Assembly (NCBI GenBank): GCA_963704435.1
Contig: OY969902.1
Span: forward strand, 200,949 to 264,948
Direction: 5' to 3'
Source: an uncultured archaeon
GTDB lineage: Archaea > Micrarchaeota > Micrarchaeia > Micrarchaeales > CABMGC01
DNA: 64,000 nt
In this document: positions 25,644 through 33,462 of the stretch, piece after piece
How the letters are laid out: each line of letters opens with the position of its first letter
How positions within the stretch are numbered: the stretch's first letter is position 1
Translations under genes and position numbers: made by a program
Notes under the pieces: generated by a model
The model's input: the letters and a program-made list of their open reading frames with translations, nothing else
Told to the model about the DNA's origin: nothing
Databases searched by the model: none

Positions 25644-26657
25644 CTACACCTTTGCTAGCAAAATGTCCTTCTTCTCATAGTCCGGAAAGCAGTCCGAAAG
25701 CTTCCTGTGAGCTTCGAGCAGCGCTAGAGCTATGTGCTGGTCTTTCAGATTCTTCATTACGCACTCTATTGTCGGCTTGCTGCGGTATCTCTGAGGCAGT
25801 TTGACCGGATTACTAAGAGGTGATGAAGTAGATGGACTCACAGGCTGACCCTGATATCTTCGGGTCCATTTGAGAGTTTTCTCTTTTCCACCTTTGAATA
25901 TGCGTCCCTTGAATGCAGCAACAAAGTGGCTCTCCACCATATAGCCATTGGCAAAACCAAAGTCTTTAAACGTCTTGAGTGACCCTCCACCGCAAATCAG
26001 CAGCCAGGGCACTCTTCTCGATATCTCTCTGGCGAAACCTATCGCCTGCGTTAGTTCGCGCGCTGACCCTTTGTACAAGTAATCCCCGGCATGGAAAGCG
26101 AATAGACCAATGCCCAACTGTTTCAGGCATTCGATATACCAACCGAGCCTTTCATAGTTGTTTCCCTTGACGAGCCCGATAGGAATGCTGTTAGGGCAGG
26201 CCTTCTTGAGATAAACGGCTCCCCTCAGCATCTTTTCCAGATCACCATCACAGTCTTCATCGTTATATGTCTCTCCGTCTGGCGTAAGGTAGTAGTCAGG
26301 CTTAATGTCGTTTATGATATTTGCATGCTTCTTCCACGACACACACGCTATGACTCTGTTCCTGGCGATGGAGGACAAAAGAACATTGCAACCATGGTAC
26401 TCTAGCTTATCGTGGATTCCGATGGCTCTTAGCTCCTTGAGCATGGGTGTATCTATGCTTCCATCTCTCTTCACCATGTCCTGAAGACGCGCCACGACTC
26501 CCGGAGCGGGGGCGTATCGGCAAGGATTGTGGGTTAGAGGCTCGCCAAGCTTCTCCACAGGCCATATGAACTTCCTTAGGCATTGATCGATGGGGTGGAA
26601 ACGTGCGTCTACCCAAGAAGCCGCTATTTCGTCCATTACAGACCCGTTTCCGGACAT
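25644..26657 (-). CDS. TIM-barrel protein resembling tRNA-guanine transglycosylase / DpdA-type transglycosylases (tentative)
   Basis: 337 aa. The order of motifs resembles the TGT family: DIKPDYYLTPD, then IPIGLVKGNNYERL (compare f-G-i-v-Q-G-g-x-y-x-d-L-R), then LFAFHAGDY, then WLLICGGGSLKTF...FANGYMVESHFVAAFKGRIF (compare h-l-f-G-x-G-x-P ... G-v-D-x-F-D ... A-r-x-G). I saw no CxCxxC zinc motif, so this is a weak call. Confidence 0.35.
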   Translation of the reverse strand: MSGNGSVMDEIAASWVDARFHPIDQCLRKFIWPVEKLGEPLTHNPCRYAPAPGVVARLQDMVKRDGSIDTPMLKELRAIGIHDKLEYHGCNVLLSSIARNRVIACVSWKKHANIINDIKPDYYLTPDGETYNDEDCDGDLEKMLRGAVYLKKACPNSIPIGLVKGNNYERLGWYIECLKQLGIGLFAFHAGDYLYKGSARELTQAIGFAREISRRVPWLLICGGGSLKTFKDFGFANGYMVESHFVAAFKGRIFKGGKEKTLKWTRRYQGQPVSPSTSSPLSNPVKLPQRYRSKPTIECVMKNLKDQHIALALLEAHRKLSDCFPDYEKKDILLAKV

Positions 26658-26931
26658 TATGCTCGCCCTTTCTTAGATACTAAACGGCATCGCCTACCAA
26701 ATACGACCCCACCCCAATCGTGTTTGGCGCTGTTTGAATCCCTAAGAGATTATGCCTGACATTCCGCAAGCAAAATCTTTCAATTTTTCGGTATGCAGCT
26801 TGAACCAGAGTATACAAGGATAAGACAGAGCTATCTGCGAATGCTTAATTGTTGCACTAAAACTATTTAAATCCTAAAGGTAGCCTGAGAGCAGGACCTA
26901 TTCTTTATGACTTAGAATGAGAAATAACCCC

Positions 26932-27636
26932 TTATTTTACCTTAGCTTCATCAATCTTTCTAGCTAGCAAACTTGCAAAAACTAAATATTCATACGCTTT
27001 CTTTGGGTCTTTTTGTACTATTCTACTATGACTCTTTGGGTCTTTTACTGCTAGCATTGCACCAGCAAATATAAACTTAAATCCTTCCTGTTCTTCTTTT
27101 TCAGAGTTTTTAGAAGAGTATTTTATTCTTAGCAAAGGAGCGTCTTCTTTGAAGGCAGTCATCATAAGAGTTTTCCCTATTTGATTGATTTGACTTTTAG
27201 CGCGCACCAGAATTTCTATTTCTTTAAATGCAGCGAATATCGCCTCCGGATAATGTTCATTATTAAATAGCTTTTCAGATGCTTTTTTGATTCTTGGGTG
27301 TAATAGTGATAAATCATATACGCTCTGGCTGACTATAAGTTTTGACTTTGTTCTATTATTTTCTGAACCCAACTGTAAAATTGCCCATTTCTCATATGCG
27401 TATATTCCATATGCTGTCTGAATCAAATTAACATACAAAATAGAACCCTTTACATTAAACCTCATCACTACGCCTGGAGCGATTGAAGTAATATTTGTCA
27501 AGACCTCTTTGTAATAAATTGCTATTGTCGCATAACTTATTCCCCTAGCATCAGGTTTACCAACATCTTGCAGCTGCAGGGTTATGGAACCAGTAACGAA
27601 CTTATGTCCAACATAAATTTTTGTTTCTGGACTCAT
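26932..27636 (-). CDS. TIGR02391-family (Abi-like, ymh-type) protein with a unique N-terminal domain
   Basis: The C-terminal half is FNNEHYPEAIFAAFKEIEILVRAK...IGKTLMMTAF...EEQEGFKFIFAGAMLAVKDPKSH...EYLVFASLLARKID. This matches the conserved pattern of TIGR02391 proteins, which are common in R-M and abortive-infection neighbourhoods. The gene is very AT-rich. Confidence 0.65.
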   Translation of the reverse strand: MSPETKIYVGHKFVTGSITLQLQDVGKPDARGISYATIAIYYKEVLTNITSIAPGVVMRFNVKGSILYVNLIQTAYGIYAYEKWAILQLGSENNRTKSKLIVSQSVYDLSLLHPRIKKASEKLFNNEHYPEAIFAAFKEIEILVRAKSQINQIGKTLMMTAFKEDAPLLRIKYSSKNSEKEEQEGFKFIFAGAMLAVKDPKSHSRIVQKDPKKAYEYLVFASLLARKIDEAKVK

Positions 27637-27944
27637 TGCACTATATGCCGGATTTGGAATTTCGTCACCTCATCAATAAAAGATGCCCTAGTCGGGGCCA
27701 GTTTATTTCTTAAAATAAGGAATAAAGGAATAAAAGCCCACGCCTTGACTTGTCAAAGTTTACGTCCTTAGAAGCCCTGCACTCAATCAAGGAGTACGAG
27801 ATTTGCGCTTAAATCGCAAACTTCTGCCCGCAAATCAGCCCCTGAGGTACTCGCACCGAACTCAGGTGAGTTGACCACTGCGTTAAAATAAGGGGATAAG
27901 TCATAAGCGTTATAGTAGACAGATAACGTTATCATGGTGCTATT

Positions 27945-28337
27945 ATGATCCGATGTCCATACTGCGATGAGCTGCGCTATTTCAGCAGCGGAGCGTCCTA
28001 CAGAGTTCACAAGTGTCGTTACCACAGGGGAGTGACGTACCGGCAACCCCAAAAAGTAGCGGAAGAGGCTGCGATAACTGGAAAGCAGCAGATCGAGGCG
28101 CAATCCAGAGCACCGCAAACACCGCTTCGGCAAGCCTTACCGCAGAGGCCGCAGAAATACTCCGGCCACGACTCACAAGTCCCTCGGGCAGACAATTGGG
28201 CCTGGGAGATAGCGCAAGAAGCAGTAGTGGATGTTCTCAAGGAGCGCGCAGAGGCGGAGAGAAAGGCGTTCAACGAGAAATATGCGAAGTGGAGGGCACA
28301 GCAGAAGCAGCATGGAGATCATATTCCACTTGATTAG
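27945..28337 (+). CDS. Hypothetical protein with an N-terminal C2H2-like zinc finger
   Basis: 130 aa. It has CPYC-x14-H-x4-H followed by a charged helical tail. A 116-aa ORF on the opposite strand competes with it, so coding status is uncertain. Confidence 0.35.
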   Translation: MIRCPYCDELRYFSSGASYRVHKCRYHRGVTYRQPQKVAEEAAITGKQQIEAQSRAPQTPLRQALPQRPQKYSGHDSQVPRADNWAWEIAQEAVVDVLKERAEAERKAFNEKYAKWRAQQKQHGDHIPLD

Positions 28338-28376
28338 GTTTGAGTTCGCATTCTAGTCAAGTAAATAAGATAATAT

Positions 28377-28913
28377 TTAACTCCCTAAACTCTTCAGTGA
28401 AGTGTTTATTTTGTCCATTATAAGTTTCTTTCTTTCCTCTAAAAATTTATAATAAGTGTCAATACCCCAGTCACCTGGTGGAATTAGATGTTCTTTCTTT
28501 TCTTCCTCGCTCAAAGTCGTTATCCATTCTTTATAAGGTGTTCCTGTCTTTCGTTTGTTTCCTATTGATGAGATATATCTTATATTGAATATCCTATCTA
28601 TATTCTCTTCGGGAACATTTGCATCAGTTAATTCACTTCTTGAAAAGATATGGTCCTGTTCCGGCAAATTATTTTTTGAACTTGGATTATAATTTATGCT
28701 ACTATAAATAAGGTTGAGCACCAAATAGCTACTTTTATCATTATACTCTATATTATTTAGGAATTCCTCCGTTAGATTTAGGTTTTTATTATTTTTGATC
28801 GCTCGCGCCTTTATTTCTGCAAGAGGGAATTCTTTACTTTGATTGTTATCTATTTCTTCTTTTATGCCATACAAAATCGTATCAGATGCCCCAGCAAAAA
28901 GTCCAGTTAACAA
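28377..28913 (-). CDS. DUF1524/HNH-like nuclease domain protein, probably the C-terminal remnant of a DUF262-DUF1524 (GmrSD-like) gene
   Basis: 178 aa. EQDHIFSRSEL...IFNIRYISSIGNKRK matches the His-Me finger pattern of DUF1524. No DUF262 (DGQQR) N-domain is present. The ORF starts directly next to the IS200-type element. Confidence 0.5.
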   Translation of the reverse strand: MLTGLFAGASDTILYGIKEEIDNNQSKEFPLAEIKARAIKNNKNLNLTEEFLNNIEYNDKSSYLVLNLIYSSINYNPSSKNNLPEQDHIFSRSELTDANVPEENIDRIFNIRYISSIGNKRKTGTPYKEWITTLSEEEKKEHLIPPGDWGIDTYYKFLEERKKLIMDKINTSLKSLGS

Positions 28914-28914
28914 T

Positions 28915-29575
28915 GACCTCCTCCCCCGACTAAAGTCGGGGGTATCCCCTGCGCTCTAGGCGGCAAGTCTCATTTGTCCGTACTGATCCTGCTTTCTGAT
29001 GTAATTTTGTATCGTCTCCTCGTTCTGAGGGCCTACGCTTCCGTTACTGTATCCTTCACTCCAGAAATGCCCTCTCCAATACCTAAGTCGATGGTTTGGC
29101 ATTTCTTTGAAGACCACGTACGCCGAATATCCCTTCAGCAGTTGCACCGCGGTTGAAACTGACATAGTATTTGGTACGTCAATCTCAAGATGCACGTGTT
29201 GAAAGTCTTCTCCGACAGCGAATTCTTTAATTCCGATTCCATGTCTACGCGCGGCGTCATAAATCGCATCGTGTATTATTCGGCAGGTCTCTGGATTTTT
29301 GAACATCCTGTATCGATATTTCGACACAAAAACCATGTGCTGCCAGTTGTACCTGTGGATGCATGCCGTCGCGCTTTCCTTTATATCCCTTACATTGTTT
29401 ACACTATTCACAATAACACTTCGGCGGCAGAAACTTCAGGACCGCAAAAATTCTGGGGCCACACTGCCGTCGCTAATCCTTCTCAGAATTTGTTAAAAAT
29501 AGAGCAGGAACACTCAAAGTGGGGTCAATTCCTGTCCGCGGGCTAAAGCCCGTGGTATACCTTGACCCCACACCC
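28915..29575 (-). mobile_element. IS200-type element (tnpA only); ends approximate
   Basis: The Y1 transposase gene is flanked by two similar same-orientation hairpins with TAAA loops. They are CCCCCGAC-TAAA-GTCGGGGG (28923-28942) and CCGCGGGC-TAAA-GCCCGTGG (29536-29555), each followed by TAT(C/A)CC. Confidence 0.6.
28956..29411 (-). CDS. tnpA: IS200/IS605-family Y1 (HUH) transposase TnpA
   Basis: 151 aa. It has the HUH motif (FQHVHLEI), SVSTAVQLLKGYSAYVVF, RGHFWSEGY and a C-terminal IQNYIRKQ with the catalytic Tyr region. Confidence 0.85.
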   Translation of the reverse strand: MNSVNNVRDIKESATACIHRYNWQHMVFVSKYRYRMFKNPETCRIIHDAIYDAARRHGIGIKEFAVGEDFQHVHLEIDVPNTMSVSTAVQLLKGYSAYVVFKEMPNHRLRYWRGHFWSEGYSNGSVGPQNEETIQNYIRKQDQYGQMRLAA

Positions 29576-29596
29576 CCTAATAATATTACAATGTAT

Positions 29597-29616
29597 TTTT
29601 GTGTAATTACACAAAA
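29597..29616. promoter_or_regulatory. Perfect 20-bp palindrome upstream of 29630..30448
   Basis: TTTTGTGTAATTACACAAAA is its own reverse complement and ends 13 nt before the ATG at 29630. Confidence 0.4.
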
Positions 29617-29629
29617 GCAGAGGCAGACC

Positions 29630-30448
29630 ATGTCAAATTCGGAACAACAAAAGTTCAAAAAACAAGTTATTGCAGATTTTGATAGAGGTTCTAATGCTGC
29701 TGAAATTATCACCAAATATAACATACAAAACACACCCAACAGAGAAGAAGGTAAACCTACTCGCAAAACCATCTATAATTGGAAGAATGAATACGATGCG
29801 AAAAAGTCTATAGACAGCCCAAAGGTATTCAGACTGAGCAAGAAGAAGCAGATGGAAGTCAAAAAAGAATTTGAAAATATGTTTTCGGTCTTTAAATCAA
29901 AGAAAATCTCCGATATGCGTGTAGCATTAAGGAGCATAGACAACTATATGAAAAATTATGGTTGCACTCCTAACGAGACGCAAATTGATTTGCTGATACC
30001 TCACATTAAAGATGTCGAACTCAGGTACGATATCCTGCGAACTATATTCGGAGTAATGGAAGAAAATCCCAAAATCTTTAGAAAAGTCAATGAACAAAAA
30101 TTATGTAAAAAATTGCATGCGCTACTCAAGGAATACGAGCCGAATACTTACAAGAAACCAACCGTGGAATACCTGTTTTTTATCCTAGGGCACTATAACG
30201 ATCCTATCATAGTGGACAGATTAGTGCAAGATGCCGAACAATGTAAGCCAGAGCTGCTTAGTCGCATTAGGTCTTACTATGCACAAAAGTACTCCGTTAA
30301 AGTAATTGAAGAATGCAGGAATGAGCTATTCGATGCTGCCCAAAAATTGCAAAGAGAAGGTAAAAGTGATGCTGCTGATTTTATACAACAGATAGTGGCT
30401 ATAGCAAGCAAGAATGCAAGAAATCCCCCTGCTCGATTTAAGCCTTAG
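29630..30448 (+). CDS. Hypothetical protein with an N-terminal HTH-like segment
   Basis: 272 aa from the ATG at 29630 (MSNSEQQKFKKQVIADFDRGSNAAEIITKYNI...). The rest is helical. The track start at 29519 would read through the IS200 hairpin and the palindrome. Confidence 0.5.
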   Translation: MSNSEQQKFKKQVIADFDRGSNAAEIITKYNIQNTPNREEGKPTRKTIYNWKNEYDAKKSIDSPKVFRLSKKKQMEVKKEFENMFSVFKSKKISDMRVALRSIDNYMKNYGCTPNETQIDLLIPHIKDVELRYDILRTIFGVMEENPKIFRKVNEQKLCKKLHALLKEYEPNTYKKPTVEYLFFILGHYNDPIIVDRLVQDAEQCKPELLSRIRSYYAQKYSVKVIEECRNELFDAAQKLQREGKSDAADFIQQIVAIASKNARNPPARFKP

Positions 30449-31037
30449 ACTTCTCCCTTGAATGCGCATTCTTTTCCAACGCCACAAAATCGCTGGCATC
30501 CACGATTCTGCCCACGCAGCGCTCCACAAATATGATTGAGCTTTCTTGGCCCAGCGGTCTGCTGGTTGAACAGCAATCCTTTATCATGAAAACGTTGTAC
30601 CCCCGATGCACGGCATCGACGCCAGTCTCCCTCACACAGCAGTCAGTCTGTTCACCTACCAGATAAATATCGGTTATTTTCAGTTCCTTTAGTAACCCAT
30701 CCAGCCCGCTTCCACAGAAACCACTGTATCCATGCTTCTCAAGGATGTGGTCGCTCTTTTCCGGTGCCAGCTCTTCGATGGTCAGCGCGCCGTCTGTGCC
30801 CTTCATCGACTGGCGTCTATGGGCACTGTGTCCTATAAACTTGAAAATTGGGTCGTTTTCGGTAAACGCGCTGTTTACGTAGATTACTGGAATTCCCTTT
30901 TTGTGCGCTGCCTCTATCACTTGTTTTATATTCCCAATCAGCCTTTCCCTTTCGTCCACGGCTACCAGCGGCCTTTCTCCATAGACGTAGTCTTTCACCA
31001 TGTCCAAGACAAGCAGCGCTTCCATCAGCTCAACCAT
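30438..31037 (-). CDS. Isochorismatase-family cysteine hydrolase (nicotinamidase-like)
   Basis: Motifs are ALLVLDMVKDY, KHGYSGFCGSGLDGLLKELKITDIYLVGEQTDCCVRETGVDA, with the catalytic Cys within DCCV. Confidence 0.8.
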   Translation of the reverse strand: MVELMEALLVLDMVKDYVYGERPLVAVDERERLIGNIKQVIEAAHKKGIPVIYVNSAFTENDPIFKFIGHSAHRRQSMKGTDGALTIEELAPEKSDHILEKHGYSGFCGSGLDGLLKELKITDIYLVGEQTDCCVRETGVDAVHRGYNVFMIKDCCSTSRPLGQESSIIFVERCVGRIVDASDFVALEKNAHSREKSKA

Positions 31038-31202
31038 TATAGATTAAAGCTTAAACAAATATATGAGGCTTGTGCTACCTTTTACGGCAAAGGATGTAAT
31101 GAAATCAAGTATCGCCCGCACAACAAATTCATGGAGCTTTACGCAAGATAAAAAGCCAAGCTAAAGCTCGCCGTATCCTGAACATATGGTAATTATCAGT
31201 CT

Positions 31203-32393
31203 TCATCGTCTATTTTCCAACACCCCATGAACCGCATCCCTGCTCTTCGGATCGAGCTTCTCCATCAGCAGGTTGACCGCCTTCATCATGTCGTCCAGTT
31301 TCTGCCTCACCGACTCCAGCTCGCTGGCCTCCTCCACTGGGCTAACGTCCAAGGGGCTGTGGCACTTGCTGCAGTACTTGGCCGTCATCTCATTTACCTC
31401 CTGGCACTTGTAGCAGACCTTCACCGTGAGCCTCGGCTTCACAGGCTCTCCCCTGCCGATCGTTATGCCGTTCGCCTTCATCACGGCGTCGTCCACGTCC
31501 TTTCCGCTCAGGTGCACGTAGACCGCCGCCATCTGGCTCGCCCCGGTCCAGCCGAAGTACATCTTGAGCTGCTGCTCGGTCATGCTGTTCGCATATAGGC
31601 TCGCCCTGCTGTGCCTGAAGAGGTGCGGGTGTATGCGCTTCCTTATGCCCGTCCTCTCCTTCAGGTCCCCGAGCAGCTTCCTCACATTAGGGTAGTCGAA
31701 GGGATTCCCGTGGGACGTGAGTAACAGGGCTGATTCCGGCGGCAGGCCCCTGCCGCGCTCGTTGAGGTAGTTGGACAGGTACGGAACCGAGAAGACGAGC
31801 GTCACCCGCCTCTTGCCCGTCTTGCCGTCCACCATCGCGTAGCTTGGGCTTTCCGCGTTCAGGACGATGTCCCTTACCTTCAGGTTCAACAGCTCCCCTA
31901 CGCGCATCCCTGTGTCGTACAGGAGCGATATTATGGCCCTGTCCCTCTGGCTCCTGCACGCGTTTATGAGCCCGGCCACCTCGTCCTCAGTCAGGAGCTC
32001 CTCGGGCAGCTTCATGGACTCCATCTGGCCGACTTTGATCCACTTGACTATGGAAGGATAGTCTTCTGCCGAATAGAGCCACTTGTAGAAGCTCTTCAGG
32101 GTCTGCTTTATCTTCCTCAGGCTGTTCACGGCCTTGCCGCTCTTGTTGAGGTACAGGACAAGGCGCTCTATGTCTTCCTTCGTGGCCTTCTTGGCGTCCT
32201 TGCCTAGGTAGGGGAAGACGGCGCGCAGCTCCCTTATCACCCTGGCGACGGTCTGGGGCTTCCTGTTTAGCAGGCCCAGCTTCGCGCCGAACGCGAGAAC
32301 GTAGCCCCTGTTGGGCTCGGAGAGCTCCTCCTCTACCTTCCTGACCTGCATGGCCAGTATGTACTCGCCCTTGTGCAGGTAGTCCCTTTTCAT
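31203..32393 (-). CDS. Tyrosine recombinase/integrase with a C-terminal zinc-ribbon extension
   Basis: 396 aa. It has an N-terminal SAM-like core-binding domain, a catalytic region (DTGMRVGELLNLK, HPHLFRHSRASLY, AAVYVHLSG) and CYKCQ...CSKCH at the C-terminus. Its start lies 68 nt from the 3' end of tRNA-Thr. Confidence 0.85.
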   Translation of the reverse strand: MKRDYLHKGEYILAMQVRKVEEELSEPNRGYVLAFGAKLGLLNRKPQTVARVIRELRAVFPYLGKDAKKATKEDIERLVLYLNKSGKAVNSLRKIKQTLKSFYKWLYSAEDYPSIVKWIKVGQMESMKLPEELLTEDEVAGLINACRSQRDRAIISLLYDTGMRVGELLNLKVRDIVLNAESPSYAMVDGKTGKRRVTLVFSVPYLSNYLNERGRGLPPESALLLTSHGNPFDYPNVRKLLGDLKERTGIRKRIHPHLFRHSRASLYANSMTEQQLKMYFGWTGASQMAAVYVHLSGKDVDDAVMKANGITIGRGEPVKPRLTVKVCYKCQEVNEMTAKYCSKCHSPLDVSPVEEASELESVRQKLDDMMKAVNLLMEKLDPKSRDAVHGVLENRR

Positions 32394-32460
32394 AGATTTT
32401 ATGTCTGTTTCGCCCCCTTTATAGGCGCGCTGGTCAAGGGAGTCGCACTTCTGGCTGTCC

Positions 32461-32532
32461 AGCCCTGAGAGGGAATTGAACCCCCGACCTACTGCTTACA
32501 AGACAGTCGCTCTACCACTGAGCTACCAGGGC
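32461..32532 (-). tRNA. tRNA-Thr (anticodon UGU)
   Basis: Manual cloverleaf: GCCCTGG-TA-GCTC-AGTGGTA-GAGC-G-ACTGT-CTTGTAA-GCAGT-AGGTC-GGGGG-TTCAATT-CCCTC-TCAGGGC-T. It is 72 nt and CCA is not encoded. Confidence 0.85.
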
Positions 32533-32600
32533 GCGCAGTCTGCGCACTCATTCTATGATTTGGAACTTTAATAAGTTATTTGGCAGTATTGACTGGTGCA

Positions 32601-33431
32601 TCATGCAAAGGCGATGCTGGCATACGCAACGACAGATCCGTATTCCTTCGTCGCCTCTCCTGAGTTTGTGTATTTCAGCAGGTGCCCGGCCTTCGCGCCT
32701 TCGCTCCTCGCAAATAGTGCTGCGACCGCGACCGGACCGTGGCCGCAGGCGCTGTCCCCGCTCTTCGATAGCGCATCCTCAAAGCCCTCTACGTCTAGCT
32801 TCTCTATCGCGCGTATCGCGCGCATGTCCTTCTCCTTCGCCACGCTCGCCGGCTCGTAGTGGTCGAAGTCGGAACTCGCCAGCACCGCTATCCTCCGGCC
32901 GAGCCCCTTTCCTGCGCCGCGCACGGCTTCGTCGAGCAGAATGCACGCCTCACGGGACTGGTCCCCCATGCATATGAATACGCAGCCGACATCGCCAAGC
33001 AGCCGCTGGATGAACGGCAGCTCCACCTCCACAGAGTGCTCATAGGAATGCGCGTCCTCGTCCTCGCGTATGTAGCCGGACCTTTCTATGATGGCCTCTG
33101 ACAGCTCCGTGTCGTTCCTAACCACACCGAATGGCGTCTCCCAGTCCTGGAGCGAGACCGCAATGGGCTGCCCGTATCCCGTATGGTTCGGCCCTATAAT
33201 CACTATTGTGTCGAACTTCCTCTTCCTGCGGGCCTCGAGCATCGCCTTGAAAGTGTAGGCTGCGGTCGCACCCGAGTACGCGTAGCCCGCGTGCGGAGCG
33301 ACAAACGACACGGCACCTGACACGCTGGCGGCATCGAGCTTCGCCTTCTCAACGAACTCCGAGATGACCGTCGCGAGCTCGTTCGCGCCCGAAGGATAGA
33401 ATGTCCCTGCGACAGCGGGCTTCCTTATCAT
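32601..33431 (-). CDS. MEMO1-family protein (AmmeMemoRadiSam system protein B)
   Basis: The motifs MIRKPAVAGTFYP...FVAPHAGYAYSG...IGPNHTG are diagnostic of the MEMO/UPF0103 family. Confidence 0.85.
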   Translation of the reverse strand: MIRKPAVAGTFYPSGANELATVISEFVEKAKLDAASVSGAVSFVAPHAGYAYSGATAAYTFKAMLEARRKRKFDTIVIIGPNHTGYGQPIAVSLQDWETPFGVVRNDTELSEAIIERSGYIREDEDAHSYEHSVEVELPFIQRLLGDVGCVFICMGDQSREACILLDEAVRGAGKGLGRRIAVLASSDFDHYEPASVAKEKDMRAIRAIEKLDVEGFEDALSKSGDSACGHGPVAVAALFARSEGAKAGHLLKYTNSGEATKEYGSVVAYASIAFA

Positions 33432-33462
33432 GTGACCACCTTCGTCCGTCGCGAGGGGAATG

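Noticed and set aside
27783-28133. 116-aa minus-strand ORF competing with the zinc-finger ORF
   Set aside because: It has no motifs. The plus-strand ORF has a C2H2-like finger and a plausible charged helical tail. Neither is strongly supported, so only the plus-strand ORF is listed, at low confidence.
29517-29556. GGGGTCAATTCCTGTCCGCGGGC resembles the T-arm and acceptor 3' half of tRNA-Thr, so it was considered as an att remnant
   Set aside because: Its orientation is opposite to the tRNA gene. The similarity is short and gapped. The segment is better explained as the right-end hairpin motif of the IS200-type element, which has a twin at 28923-28942.
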